A stretch of DNA of 62,179 bases, the filler included, from Choristocarpus tenellus KU-1152 (Eukaryota > Protista > Phaeophyceae), in the NCBI GenBank assembly GCA_964200185.2. It is 12 parts of 12 records of this genome, joined end to end, with 100 filler letters (N's around TTAATTAATTAA, not from the genome) between each part and the next. Parts side by side here need not be neighbours in the genome. Positions count along the whole stretch, not along the records: positions 59,209 to 62,179 come from CAXNAD020023261.1; 11 more parts are not named here. One strand, written 5' to 3'. The notes beneath the pieces are model-generated. The model saw only the letters and a list, made by a program, of their open reading frames with translations, made no database searches and was not told the origin of the DNA. This document shows positions 61,810-62,179 of the stretch, in pieces. Each line of letters starts with the position of its first letter. Within the stretch, counting starts at the first letter, position 1. The position numbers and the translations under genes were made by a program.

Positions 61810-62179
61810 CTGATGATGGCGTAGGTGTGTGTGTTAGTGTGGAAAGTGTACTCCTGCTGGCGGAGCGACGTTCACCTATGTTTTTTCTATGTTTTGGATC
61901 CTCGAGACCTGCAACGACAAGGATGACAAGGATTGCAAGGATGCTGTGCCAGTGGTAACAAGGAGATGGGGTTAATGTAGCGTAGGAGGCGGAGAAGGAG
62001 GGTCATGTTACTGGATGGGCAGACAGTCAGTGTCAAAAATGACCAATAACCTTCTTTTGAATTCAAGATTTAAACGTGCTTTTTTGTTTTTTGTTGCGTG
62101 GCTGTAGCCGCAGCATCATCATCCATTGCATGAGCTGGAAGGCTAAGTAAGGTGTCAGATGATTTTTGCTTGTTTTTTT

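Overview
Eukaryotic nuclear DNA, most likely from a brown alga or close photosynthetic stramenopile. Support: a fucoxanthin-chlorophyll a/c (Lhcf) C-terminus, long GT-AG introns and TTAGGG-type repeats. The window is not contiguous. It is 12 short contigs joined by an identical artificial 100-bp spacer (44 N + TTAATTAATTAA + 44 N), so neighbourhood across spacers is meaningless. Host genes recognised by manual splicing: a GDP-L-galactose/GDP-D-glucose phosphorylase (VTC2/GDPGP1 family, minus strand, 4 exons, 5'-truncated), VAC14 (first 4 exons), a complete 7-exon dCMP deaminase, the 3' end of an Lhcf gene, part of a homogentisate prenyltransferase (HPT/VTE2-like), and two large exons of unknown proteins. 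The rest is transposon-derived: two decayed chromodomain-bearing Ty3/Gypsy copies, a decayed Copia with a 3' LTR abutting the dCMP deaminase start, a spliced decayed Sola2-type DDD transposase with Tudor-like C-terminal domains and a triplicated micro-exon cassette, and about 17 copies of three MITE families sharing G(A/G)NNCAAAGT termini. The most unusual element is an intron-containing pseudogene whose motif order matches a bacterial-type beta-class N4/N6 DNA methyltransferase but with both active-site motifs altered. All family assignments come from motif recognition by eye; no searches were run.
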